IMG/VR virus record: IMGVR_UViG_3300021197_000501
Location: 1 to 35,987 of that record
Direction: 5' to 3' (one strand)
Length of the DNA: 35,987 nt
Source of the DNA: a virus
Taxonomy: Duplodnaviria; Caudoviricetes
The position numbers and the translations under genes are program-made. Below are positions 1 through 9,519 of this stretch, piece by piece. Within the stretch, counting starts at the first letter, position 1, and the number at the start of each line of letters is the position of its first letter. The notes beneath the pieces were generated by a model. That model did no database searches, had not been told where the DNA came from, and saw nothing but the letters and a program-made list of their open reading frames with translations.

Positions 1-126
1 GTAGTATCTCCAGTTCCAGCACCCATTAACCAAGAACCTACACAATTACTAAACTGACTAAACCCAGATATATTACTTCTTTTATCTATTGCATATAATT
101 CAGATACTTCAGTAGCTGATAAAGCA
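1..126. repeat. Conserved block 4, identical to 34137..34262
   Basis: Base-by-base comparison: 126 bp identical, diverging at 127/34263. Confidence 0.95.
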
Positions 127-3100
127 GTATTAAATATGTTTGCAGATGCTATTTTTCCATTAAAATAATTAGTGCTTTGTTTTTTGCCAATATATTCTGG
201 TGTAAAAGTTGAACTATTAGAAGGTTTATTATCAGTATATGCAACATTATTCCTATATATAAATAATTCATTAGAACTATCCCTTACAAGGACAATATGT
301 TGCCATTCATTTAGTGTAAATGTTGCTCCACTTGTCCAAGTCTGTTTTGCATTTCCACCAATTTTTATTGAAAGACTTGTAGTTGATCCTATTCTAAACC
401 AATCTGCATTTCCAGAATCACCCCAAATTACAACAGAGGTAACAGTTTCGGGATTAATCCATACAGACAATGTAAACTCACCAGATAAAGCAATATCACC
501 AAAATCTAAATAATCATCAGTACCATCAAAACTTGCTACTCCAGTATTGGCTTTATCTAACCAAGTAGTTACACCATCATTTCTCCAGTATCCTACTAAA
601 TCATCTGCGCTTGCATAGTTACCACTATCAGTTGTTGTTAGTAAAGGTAATCCAGAGTTGTATAAGGATGTTGCTTCATTGGCTGTTAAGGTTGAACTCC
701 AAATAGCTAAATCATTTAGCAATCCATCAAAAGTTGTAACGCCATCATTTCGATTGCCTAAAATTAAATTAGAACTTGCATCAGAAACATGAGTTCCAGA
801 AGGTGCAATCGTTTCAGTTAAAGTAACAGCAGAGCCATTAAGATATATAATTGGATCAGTTGTTGGGTTATCACTATCATAGGTTACTAATATATGAGTC
901 CAAGTATTTAAAGGAACGCTTAATGGTGTTTCCCATCTTGCTGCACCACCAGATAAAGTTACAGCAAATTGAACTTTTACACTTCCAGAGCTTTCACCAA
1001 TAACTTGAAAAGCATATTTAGTTTTATCAAAAACTTGCCCAGCATTATTTTGTCCATCACTCTTTGGATTAATCCAAGCAGAAAGAGTACCACCAGCTGT
1101 AAATATGTTATTTAAAGTAGAAGGTGTTCCAACTGAAACTTTATCATCAGCACCATCAAACACCATAGGATTATTACTTCTGACTAATGGATGTTGAAAA
1201 CCATACTCTTGTCCAGTTGCCCAAGTGATTCCACTTCCTGTACCATGATTTTGATTACCAGAGCCATCTAATATTGCAGTTCCAGAACCTTCTTGCATTG
1301 GCATATCTAACTTTAATGCTGATGAAGCTATACCAGTAGGTAAGGTTAATTCTGGCTTTATGTACAGTTGCCTAACTTGATCTTGGGTTAATTCTGTGTT
1401 AAAGATTTTTACATTGTTTATTTTGCCATCTGAAAATGCACTTCCAGTAGCTGAACTACCTATCTGTACATTAGCACCAAGATTTTCCATAGCCACATAA
1501 CTACCACCACTTGTAAGACTAACAGCAATCTCACTACCATTGATATATAATTTTATTCCAGTATTAGCAGAAGTACCACCAACGCCTGTGTAAGTACAAG
1601 CGACATGAGTCCATTTTCCCTCATAAGATGTTATTGCTGAAGTAGATCCAGCTATTTCGTATGTACTTCCCAAACTTTCATCAAATAATTCCAAAGTTAA
1701 TATATCTGATCCATGAGAGTATAATCTATATTCTGCATCAACATTATATGTTCCTTTTGATACGATTACAAAATTAGTAGCATCATCCATATTGATCCAT
1801 GCCGATATACTGAAAGCTGAATCATTACTGCCATCTCCAAAAGATAAACTATCTGAATCTGTTATAGATATAGAATCATTTGTACCATCAAAGCTAACTG
1901 CATTCCCACCATAGACTTCTCCATAGTTTAATGGATCAGCTACACCACTTGGTGAGGATGTGTATCCTGTGTTAATAGTAGCTCCATTATTTGTACCATC
2001 ATTAGAGCCATGAGAATCTTCTACATTTGTCCCAAGATCATACCAACTTACAAGGTTTGTCTTTAATGCACTTGTTAATGTGCTATACGAAGAGAACATA
2101 ATATCTTGTATCTGGTTTTGGGTTTTTGCATCCGAATAAATAGCTACATTTGCCATAGAGCCATCTAAAAGAGAACCAGTATCTGTATTATCTGATCCTC
2201 TTCTTGCTCCTAATAAAACATCAAAAGAATTACTACCACTTCCAGAAGTTCCTAAACCATCAGATGATCCATCAACATATATTCTAAATTTTTGTGTACC
2301 ACTATCATCAAAATTAACAACTGCCACATGATGCCAGTTTCCATCCGAATAAGCACTTGTGCTAACTACTGTTCCACCTATAAATACTCCTATTGTATCA
2401 TTTGATGCTTTAAAAATTTGATATTGTCTATTCCCTGTAGTAGAACCTCCTTTACTAATTATAGTTCCTTCTACTCCAGATGCAATTTTAAACCATAAAC
2501 TAATAGTAAAATCATCAGCATCAGCATCAAAATTCAGATTACTGGCTTGTCCTAAATTTATATAATCATCACTTCCATCAAACGAGGTACTACCACTTGC
2601 TAATGCTACTGCACCTTTTGGTGTGGCTTTATCTTGGATTCTTGGTAAGAAAGGAGAACTGGCAGAATAGGCATCTGTTAAAAAGGTTGCACCATTGTTT
2701 GTACCATTATTTGTTCCTGTACTATCATTAGCATCTGCACTTAAATTATACCAGCTAATCAGATTAGTTAATTCAGTACCTTTTAAATCTGCATATTGTC
2801 CTTTCCAGTAGATACTTTCTATTTCACTTGCAGATAAAGCACGATTCCAGATGCCGACATTGGCTATAGAGCCATCAAATGTTCTATTTAAATTTGTTTT
2901 TACATTTCCAATTACTAAAGATTCACTTGCATCTGATGAAACTGAACCAGAAGTATCTATTGTTGCACTAAAAGAAGTTATACTACCATTTATATATATA
3001 GTAGGTCTATATGATGAACCAGCACCACTTGTATCATAAATAACAGCAACATGATTCCATTGATTAATAATAACATCATTATTTGTTGTAAATTGTCCAG

Positions 3101-3461
3101 CTTGAGAACTATAATTAATATAAAATTTTAGTTTAGAAGTACCACTACTCTCTTCCCTCATATGAAGTACCCATCCACTTCCATCATCTCTTTTTTCTAT
3201 GATTCTTCCTTCATCGCCTTCACCATCAGATTTAGGAAAAAACCAAGCAGAAATAGTTCCACCACCATTCCATATATTATCCAATGATGAATCTGAACCA
3301 AAGTCTATATAATCATCAGAACCATCAAAAGAGGTAGCACCAGATAGGAGTAGTTCTGGACTATTATCTTTAAATGGATAATATAGTTTTAATCCATCAC
3401 GAACAAATGATGCGATTGCCTTGCCTAATCGAACAAGACCTAACCCAAGACCTAATCTCAT
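1..3461 (-). CDS. Giant multi-LamG (concanavalin A-like lectin) fibre protein, 5' part/allele A; putative head-spike fibre. Runs off the window start
   Basis: Absent from the ORF track, presumably because it reaches the window edge without a stop. Manual translation from ATG at 3461 gives MRLGLGLGLVRLGKAIASFVRDGLKLYYPF...; five FDGxDD repeat starts fall in the same frame (about 3329, 2582, 1892, 1160, 530), followed by LamG motifs (SAW...WxHV...YING...IG). It joins in frame to 34136..33404 through the identical 1..126 block (1397 aa if joined). Frame was spot-checked, not every codon. Confidence 0.9.
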   Translation of the reverse strand, partial: MRLGLGLGLVRLGKAIASFVRDGLKLYYPFKDNSPELLLSGATSFDGSDDYIDFGSDSSLDNIWNGGGTISAWFFPKSDGEGDEGRIIEKRDDGSGWVLHMREESSGTSKLKFYINYSSQAGQFTTNNDVIINQWNHVAVIYDTSGAGSSYRPTIYINGSITSFSATIDTSGSVSSDASESLVIGNVKTNLNRTFDGSIANVGIWNRALSASEIESIYWKGQYADLKGTELTNLISWYNLSADANDSTGTNNGTNNGATFLTDAYSASSPFLPRIQDKATPKGAVALASGSTSFDGSDDYINLGQASNLNFDADADDFTISLWFKIASGVEGTIISKGGSTTGNRQYQIFKASNDTIGVFIGGTVVSTSAYSDGNWHHVAVVNFDDSGTQKFRIYVDGSSDGLGTSGSGSNSFDVLLGARRGSDNTDTGSLLDGSMANVAIYSDAKTQNQIQDIMFSSYSTLTSALKTNLVSWYDLGTNVEDSHGSNDGTNNGATINTGYTSSPSGVADPLNYGEVYGGNAVSFDGTNDSISITDSDSLSFGDGSNDSAFSISAWINMDDATNFVIVSKGTYNVDAEYRLYSHGSDILTLELFDESLGSTYEIAGSTSAITSYEGKWTHVACTYTGVGGTSANTGIKLYINGSEIAVSLTSGGSYVAMENLGANVQIGSSATGSAFSDGKINNVKIFNTELTQDQVRQLYIKPELTLPTGIASSALKLDMPMQEGSGTAILDGSGNQNHGTGSGITWATGQEYGFQHPLVRSNNPMVFDGADDKVSVGTPSTLNNIFTAGGTLSAWINPKSDGQNNAGQVFDKTKYAFQVIGESSGSVKVQFAVTLSGGAARWETPLSVPLNTWTHILVTYDSDNPTTDPIIYLNGSAVTLTETIAPSGTHVSDASSNLILGNRNDGVTTFDGLLNDLAIWSSTLTANEATSLYNSGLPLLTTTDSGNYASADDLVGYWRNDGVTTWLDKANTGVASFDGTDDYLDFGDIALSGEFTLSVWINPETVTSVVIWGDSGNADWFRIGSTTSLSIKIGGNAKQTWTSGATFTLNEWQHIVLVRDSSNELFIYRNNVAYTDNKPSNSSTFTPEYIGKKQSTNYFNGKIASANIFNTALSATEVSELYAIDKRSNISGFSQFSNCVGSWLMGAGTGDT
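513..728. repeat. Conserved block 3, near-identical to 34712..34927
   Basis: Gap-free alignment at offset 34199 with scattered substitutions; encodes the linker ...LYNSGLPL..TDSGNYASADDLVGYWRNDGVTTWLDKANTGVASFDGTDD. Right edge approximate. Confidence 0.9.
1158..1254. repeat. Conserved block 2, near-identical to 35315..35411
   Basis: Gap-free alignment at offset 34157 with a few SNPs; encodes QNHGTGxGITWATGQEYGFQHPLVRSNNPMVF. Confidence 0.92.
1260..1386. repeat. Conserved block 1, identical to 35861..35987 (window end)
   Basis: 127 bp identity ending exactly at the last base of the window. Confidence 0.95.
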
Positions 3462-3464
3462 GGG

Positions 3465-3728
3465 TTAATAAAGAAAGATTATTGCTGTAGTTCCAGTAGC
3501 AGCATCACCCGTAGTGGTTGCTCCTGTCGCCCGAATCGGAAGGATCGAGCCTGCTAACGTACCTGCAAAGGTTACATAACCTCCATTAATATAAAATTTA
3601 TAGTCTCCATCTACACCAATGTACACCGCGCGTGATTCCTCATTCGTAGTGTTGGTGTTGTTGATTAAGACAGCGGATGCTGCAGGGGTAATTGCTTTCT
3701 GTACTGAAAAATCCCTAAAAGTTCCCAT
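3465..3728 (-). CDS. Head-spike base protein (RcGTA Rcc01079/GhsA-like)
   Basis: 87 aa with PA..A......RAVYIGxxGD...G.VTF....AGSILPIR...TG...I pattern recalled for the Rcc01079 family; immediately upstream of a gene starting MRLGLGLGL. Confidence 0.75.
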   Translation of the reverse strand: MGTFRDFSVQKAITPAASAVLINNTNTTNEESRAVYIGVDGDYKFYINGGYVTFAGTLAGSILPIRATGATTTGDAATGTTAIIFLY

Positions 3729-3829
3729 ATTTTCCTCGCTTGGTTAGTGTTGCAACGCTCTAAGCCTATGGTTAGGCATGAATGAGCTTTGTGTTCATTA
3801 GTATTAACTATTTATTTCTTTTTTTGTTC

Positions 3830-6800
3830 CTAATTATATGCGGAAGACCACACAGTAAGAAGTTCGTCATGCATTTGTAATCTTTGATATGCATTTTCAC
3901 CAATAGTCTTTCTTAATTTCTCTAGTCTTTCAGCATAGACAATATCTGATTTACCTGGAGCTACTTTAGATTTTGATAATAGTTGTCTTCCTCTAATGGA
4001 AGATGAAATACTTTGCGTGTCTTTACCTGTTTGATTAATAGCAGCTAAAATATACTCATTAACTTTTTGAGGGTCTTCACTTGCACGAATAGCGTTATAT
4101 GCTTTTTTCATTCCAGTACGAAACTGTTTTAATTCTTCATCTGGATTGCTTATGTATGTACCACCAAATTTATTTTTAAATCTCCAACGATAGTATGCTT
4201 TTATTGCATTATCATCTTTTTTAGATTCTGGGTTTCCAAACCCCAAACCTACTACTATGTTATTAGCAATTCGATTTGCTGGAAAATATCTTTTGATGAC
4301 TTCGGTTACTCTATCCATTGCCTCTAAATAAGTATATTTTCCTTTTCCACTCAATGCTTTTTCTAATTCAAGTATAATAGATACAGGATAAGATAATTCT
4401 AAAAAGTTGTCTGCCAACTTACCTTCTGCGGTTGATTGAAGTATTGATCCATATACTCCTGCAAAAGAAGTATATGCCCAGGATTCTAAGAGAAACTCTA
4501 GAGGATTTTGCTGGACTTCATTCCATTTAATTAATAAGTTATCTTTACCGCCATAAATATACGCTAAAGCAAATTGAGTAGCTACCCCTGATGCTGCACT
4601 ACCAAGAAATTCGCTAGCTATAATACGATTTGCATCTACAAATTTTTTATAATCTTTTTCATTAACTGCTTCTTTAGAAGCCTCTGCATATACTTTTGTA
4701 GTGCGAATTAATGATCTAAGTTTCATTTGCGAATACGTTTCAAACGCAGATAATGTAGTAAAAATCCTATTTCTTTCTAAACGGGATTGTTCACCAGTTC
4801 TTTGTGCGCCACCAGTAAGATACGCTGGAGCGCGTCTAATCACGCTATCATAAGCTTCTTTTGATGCCTGTCCTTTCGCTATTGATTCTGCTTCTGATCT
4901 CGTATACCCCATTTCTCGAAGCAATAGAGCATCCTTTGAAGTTCCTTTACCTTGTTTAAATTTAGCTACTTTTTCTACAGCAACTTGAGCAGCTAATACT
5001 TCTTGAAATTCATTCATAAATTTATAGCCAAATCCTCTTCTCTGGAGTTCGTTAACACCACGAATAAAAGACGAATAAGGTCTATTTGGATCAATAGAAA
5101 GATTAGCAATATCTACAGTAATTGCACCTTGAGTTTCTAGTGCTTTTCGTGTGACATTAGGGCTTGTACTTAACTTAAAAATACTTTTTAATAGTGTAGG
5201 CATTCCACCAAATTTCCGCACATTACCTAAAGGTTCAGCTATATTGGGTATAAATGATCCTGAGAGCGTACTTTGTTTGATAAAGTTATAAGCACTTTTT
5301 GCACCTCTTACAACCTTAGAACCTGTAAACCCTGCATCCATATACGATGTCTCCACAGGCGCGCCACTCAATGCACGAATCATTTCATGGAACTCTTTAA
5401 CACTACCACCTTCTTCACTAATCTGTTTTTTTAATTTATTAACAATACTTGTATTAGCTAATTCTTGTCCAAAAACACGAGCTACTCCAATACGACTTTC
5501 ACCTGTATCTGCTAATCTTCTCGCGTATTCATAAGGTCTATATTCTACTAGAGGAATTAACTCACCATTTACTTTAATTGCATGAGGAATGTTTTTCCAT
5601 TTCCTACTGTGTTCAGCTTGTGTAGTCCTTGTAGCTGACTCTGGAGCATCGCTTTTCATGTTATCTTGCAAGGATTTAAATTCTTTTAAAATATTTTGAT
5701 TAGGTAAACCACTTGCCTTAGCAAACTCATTGACTAAAATATTAAATTCTTGTGAACCTATTCCCTTATCTAAAATTCTGTAAAACTCTGGAGACATAAT
5801 TCTTGGAGCAATATTTCTTCCAATTACTTTAAATGGCTTAACAACTCCATCTTTACCCTCTTGCATAATTTCATTCTGCTCAAATATCCTACCTCTTTTT
5901 TCAATTAAGTCGCTTTGAGCTTCTACTACAAGGCGTTCTTTACCTTTTACAGGTATTAACCCTTCTATTGCTGCGTGCATACGATTCATTAAGATTTTTT
6001 TACCATTCACTTCAACTTCTACAAACCTGGCTAAATCTTTAGCAGCTTTACCGCTACCACTTGCCTTTAAAGCAATGTCTAGTTTATCACTTAATTGACC
6101 ATGTACTTGTTTTTGTATATCTACAACTCTTCTTCCGAGCTGTGATGCTTCTTTAGAAGTAGGTGTACCTACATTCCCCGCACGTTCAATAACATCAGAA
6201 GTAAACCAATTAAAAAATTTAGAAAACGTACTTTGCGTTTTAGATATTGGTAAAGTAGATACTTGGTTCACCTTTACATTGTCTTTCACTTCTGATTTTT
6301 CTAAACGATCCATTGCATTATTATATAATCTGTCTAGCTCTGCATCTGTATATTTTGTAGGTTTTCTTTTTTCAGAACCAAAGAGATTTTTTAACATCTT
6401 CTTACTAGGGATTCCAAGAAAAATTTGCATCTCTATCCCATTTGATTCTGCTCTTTCTTTTGTATCTCTTTGTAGTTCTTTAATTTTTTGCGATGATGTC
6501 TCTAGTCTTTCTCGTTGAGTCTCGGTAAGGTTTCCTTTTTTTAATTGCTCTTGATTAGACCTTAACGTAACATCTAAATCGCTATATTGTTTTTGTAATT
6601 CAAGACCAACTTCTTTTTTCTGACCCTCTAATAATTCTACTGGTTTTAATTGCTTTTCAATAGCCTGCACCGCTTTTCTGCCAACATCCGCAGGATGTAA
6701 AGGAACTTCTAACATAGGATCAGGAGTAAACTGTCTATTAAATACATCCTTTCCTTCTAAATAGGATTCTAATTCTGCTTGCTCTACAACGCTCCTTAAC

Positions 6801-8689
6801 TTCTTATAGTCAAAATCTATTTTAGATAGTTCAGCATCAATAAAAGCAACTCGTTCTTTTCCTAGTTCTGGAGGACTTAATGGAACATCTTGATATGGAT
6901 CATACTCAATTTCTCGATTTAAAATATCTCTTTTCTTGAGCCATTCATTATATTCTTTAATTTCTGTTTTATCTCTTTGATCTAGTTGAGATTCAATTTC
7001 ATTAATTTTTTCTTGAAATACTTTACGCCTATTTGACATTTCTGCTTCTAATTCTGTAGGAGTTCTAGGATCAATTTCCCGACTCACACTTTCCGTTTCT
7101 ATCTGCTCAACTTGAAGTTCGTTGAATCTTTCTACTTTAGCATCTATTTCTCTTTGCAATTCATCTAAAACTTTTTGTTCAGTTCTAGATTTCTCTAATG
7201 TATCCATGTTTTTAGATAAACGATTTATATCTTCATTTAATTGGACTCTTTCTGGTTTTATTGATAGAATATCGGAAGGTTGCTTAGAAGATTCCTGTAG
7301 TTTAACTCCTGTGGCTTTTTGACCATTAGTAATAGGAGTTGTTTGATATTTAATCGCTCGTGATTGACGCGTTTTTTCTGGAATTTTACCTTCTAAAGCT
7401 AGTTCTAAAGATGTTTTAATTTCTGTTCCAATTTTGTTTGCGACTACATCTATAGGTTGACCTGTTCTTTTTACTTCTGCTTCAATAACGCCTGCTACAT
7501 CACCAACAATAGCATCTCTTTGATATTTTTTATATTGATTTAAGAATTTTAATCCAACTATAGTAGCTGCTGCATCAAAATAACGTTCACCTATTTTTTT
7601 CAAACCTTCTTCAGTTGTAAAATCAAACTCTTCACCTTCAAGAATAGGAGCTACAGTACCAAGACCAAAAACCTCACCTACAAACTCACCCACTTTCCCT
7701 TTCGTTGACCCAGCCATTCCTAATGCCCCAACTGAACCACCTAAAATTGCTCCTTTCATTGTAGTGATAACTGCTTCTATAGGATCAACTGTGCCTGTCT
7801 CCTCTAACTGACTCGTAATATTTTTCCCCGCATCAAAAGCTGCAAAGCCTCCTGCTCCTCCTGTAATTTTTTCTAATGCAGTTTTAGCTAATACTCTAGC
7901 TTCATTAATTGGTATATTACCTTTTGTAGATATAATATTTGCTGCTTTATCTGCATATTTACCAACTTGTTTTAAGTTAGCAGCCTTTCCACCAAAAGAA
8001 AATAAAGCTGCATCAGCAGGCATCAACATTGCGAATACCCCAGAAGCTAGCTCTTCTTTCTTACTAAATGGATAATTATCTAAATTAACTTGTTGCTTTA
8101 AGCCTACCATCCTAAACACAGAGCCAGTAATAGATTGCTCCATTGCTAAATTCATAAAATTAGGTGGAGTTCCGCCTACACTAGTAACTACTTTATCATA
8201 TGCATCAGCTTCACTTAATCCTTTTTGTTTTTCTTTAGCGACTTCTCGTTTAAAAAATAATTCATTTTGAGCTGAAGCAATTTCTTCTGCGGATAATTTC
8301 TTTTCGGGTTCTGTAATGATGTATCCATAGTCTTGAAGCATTTTTTTACCACCAGGTTGCACTAATAAAGCTTCAGGATTTTCATTAAAAAATGGTAAAG
8401 GTCTTACAGATGCACCAGGGAATACTTTAGCTTTAGGTTTTTCAGGTAATGCAGAAAATGTATATTTAGGAGATACAAATACTTCATTAGGATTTATTTC
8501 TGGTGCAGTAGTTGATACTTTTGCTTCAAATGTATCATAGTTACCTATGTCAAAATTTTGTGATACTTGATCATAAAATCTTTTTCTTGAATCAGGGTTT
8601 TGCATCTTACTAGAAAATGTATTGAAATCACCAATATCATATTTAGTAGATACTCCATCATATAATTTTTTAAGAGATTCTTGTGGCAT
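3830..8689 (-). CDS. Large internal virion / DNA ejection protein
   Basis: 1619 aa, helical/coiled-coil with Gly/Ala-rich hydrophobic stretches; last of three genes after the nozzle, the position of podovirus ejection proteins. No catalytic domain recognised. Confidence 0.65.
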   Translation of the reverse strand: MPQESLKKLYDGVSTKYDIGDFNTFSSKMQNPDSRKRFYDQVSQNFDIGNYDTFEAKVSTTAPEINPNEVFVSPKYTFSALPEKPKAKVFPGASVRPLPFFNENPEALLVQPGGKKMLQDYGYIITEPEKKLSAEEIASAQNELFFKREVAKEKQKGLSEADAYDKVVTSVGGTPPNFMNLAMEQSITGSVFRMVGLKQQVNLDNYPFSKKEELASGVFAMLMPADAALFSFGGKAANLKQVGKYADKAANIISTKGNIPINEARVLAKTALEKITGGAGGFAAFDAGKNITSQLEETGTVDPIEAVITTMKGAILGGSVGALGMAGSTKGKVGEFVGEVFGLGTVAPILEGEEFDFTTEEGLKKIGERYFDAAATIVGLKFLNQYKKYQRDAIVGDVAGVIEAEVKRTGQPIDVVANKIGTEIKTSLELALEGKIPEKTRQSRAIKYQTTPITNGQKATGVKLQESSKQPSDILSIKPERVQLNEDINRLSKNMDTLEKSRTEQKVLDELQREIDAKVERFNELQVEQIETESVSREIDPRTPTELEAEMSNRRKVFQEKINEIESQLDQRDKTEIKEYNEWLKKRDILNREIEYDPYQDVPLSPPELGKERVAFIDAELSKIDFDYKKLRSVVEQAELESYLEGKDVFNRQFTPDPMLEVPLHPADVGRKAVQAIEKQLKPVELLEGQKKEVGLELQKQYSDLDVTLRSNQEQLKKGNLTETQRERLETSSQKIKELQRDTKERAESNGIEMQIFLGIPSKKMLKNLFGSEKRKPTKYTDAELDRLYNNAMDRLEKSEVKDNVKVNQVSTLPISKTQSTFSKFFNWFTSDVIERAGNVGTPTSKEASQLGRRVVDIQKQVHGQLSDKLDIALKASGSGKAAKDLARFVEVEVNGKKILMNRMHAAIEGLIPVKGKERLVVEAQSDLIEKRGRIFEQNEIMQEGKDGVVKPFKVIGRNIAPRIMSPEFYRILDKGIGSQEFNILVNEFAKASGLPNQNILKEFKSLQDNMKSDAPESATRTTQAEHSRKWKNIPHAIKVNGELIPLVEYRPYEYARRLADTGESRIGVARVFGQELANTSIVNKLKKQISEEGGSVKEFHEMIRALSGAPVETSYMDAGFTGSKVVRGAKSAYNFIKQSTLSGSFIPNIAEPLGNVRKFGGMPTLLKSIFKLSTSPNVTRKALETQGAITVDIANLSIDPNRPYSSFIRGVNELQRRGFGYKFMNEFQEVLAAQVAVEKVAKFKQGKGTSKDALLLREMGYTRSEAESIAKGQASKEAYDSVIRRAPAYLTGGAQRTGEQSRLERNRIFTTLSAFETYSQMKLRSLIRTTKVYAEASKEAVNEKDYKKFVDANRIIASEFLGSAASGVATQFALAYIYGGKDNLLIKWNEVQQNPLEFLLESWAYTSFAGVYGSILQSTAEGKLADNFLELSYPVSIILELEKALSGKGKYTYLEAMDRVTEVIKRYFPANRIANNIVVGLGFGNPESKKDDNAIKAYYRWRFKNKFGGTYISNPDEELKQFRTGMKKAYNAIRASEDPQKVNEYILAAINQTGKDTQSISSSIRGRQLLSKSKVAPGKSDIVYAERLEKLRKTIGENAYQRLQMHDELLTVWSSAYN

Positions 8690-9519
8690 TAAAATTCTAT
8701 CTTTTCTTTTATAGTAGTTGGCATAGTTTCATTTCCTAAACTCATTTCTGTACTTCTTTTTATTAATTTATCTAGCACTTTTTGCTTTTGTAATTTTTCT
8801 TCTTGAGATAAAGGAGGAAAACCACTAATACTTCTTCTGATTGGATTTAGTTGATCTTGTAGGTTTTTAATAGATTTTTGAAGTGATGCAGCTGTGGGTT
8901 GTTTTTTAGTTACTTCTTTAGGAGCTGCGCTTATTGGTACTAAATCAGGATTGTTTGCTATTTCAACATTTGTTGCAAACACTCTTTCTTTTGTTACTTT
9001 ATTATATGCATTTTTTTGAGCATCTTTTGAAGTTAAACCTAGCCTTATATCCGATTCTTTCTCTCTTACTTCTACTTCTTTTTCAGTAGGTTTAGGTTGT
9101 AGCATACCAATAGATTCCATAGCTTCTCTTTCGGCTGTATCTACTAAAGGCACAAGAGCTTCAGATTTTTTAGCAATAGCTTCAGATTCCTTAGTAATAA
9201 GAGATTCTTTTTCTTTTTCCGTTTGATAGTCAAGGTCACTTATACCTAATGCTTCAAATGTTTCTAAAGCTGGTGAACCTTTCATTACAGCAAGTCTTCC
9301 ATTGACTATTGCCTGTCTATTCTTTGGGGTTTGAACTAATCCAGCAGCTAAATTATTAAATGTATTCAACTCTTTCGTAGATTGTTGTTTTAAGTCCTCT
9401 CTATCTTTGATCATTTTCTGTAACGCAGCTTGACCACCTTGAACCGCACCTTGTGTAAATGCTCCTGCTACCGCTTGTGCTAGATTTGGTCTTTTCTTTA
9501 CTTTAAACTTAAATGCCAT
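8689..9519 (-). CDS. Putative internal virion/ejection protein
   Basis: 276 aa with N-terminal LAQAVAGAFTQGAVQGG amphipathic segment and charged helices; 1-nt stop/start overlaps on both sides. Confidence 0.55.
   Translation of the reverse strand: MAFKFKVKKRPNLAQAVAGAFTQGAVQGGQAALQKMIKDREDLKQQSTKELNTFNNLAAGLVQTPKNRQAIVNGRLAVMKGSPALETFEALGISDLDYQTEKEKESLITKESEAIAKKSEALVPLVDTAEREAMESIGMLQPKPTEKEVEVREKESDIRLGLTSKDAQKNAYNKVTKERVFATNVEIANNPDLVPISAAPKEVTKKQPTAASLQKSIKNLQDQLNPIRRSISGFPPLSQEEKLQKQKVLDKLIKRSTEMSLGNETMPTTIKEKIEF

Noticed and set aside
3757-3787. Hairpin GCCTA-TGGT-TAGGC upstream of the spike-base gene as a terminator or ncRNA
   Set aside because: The stem is short and has no U tract on the coding strand; not enough support.
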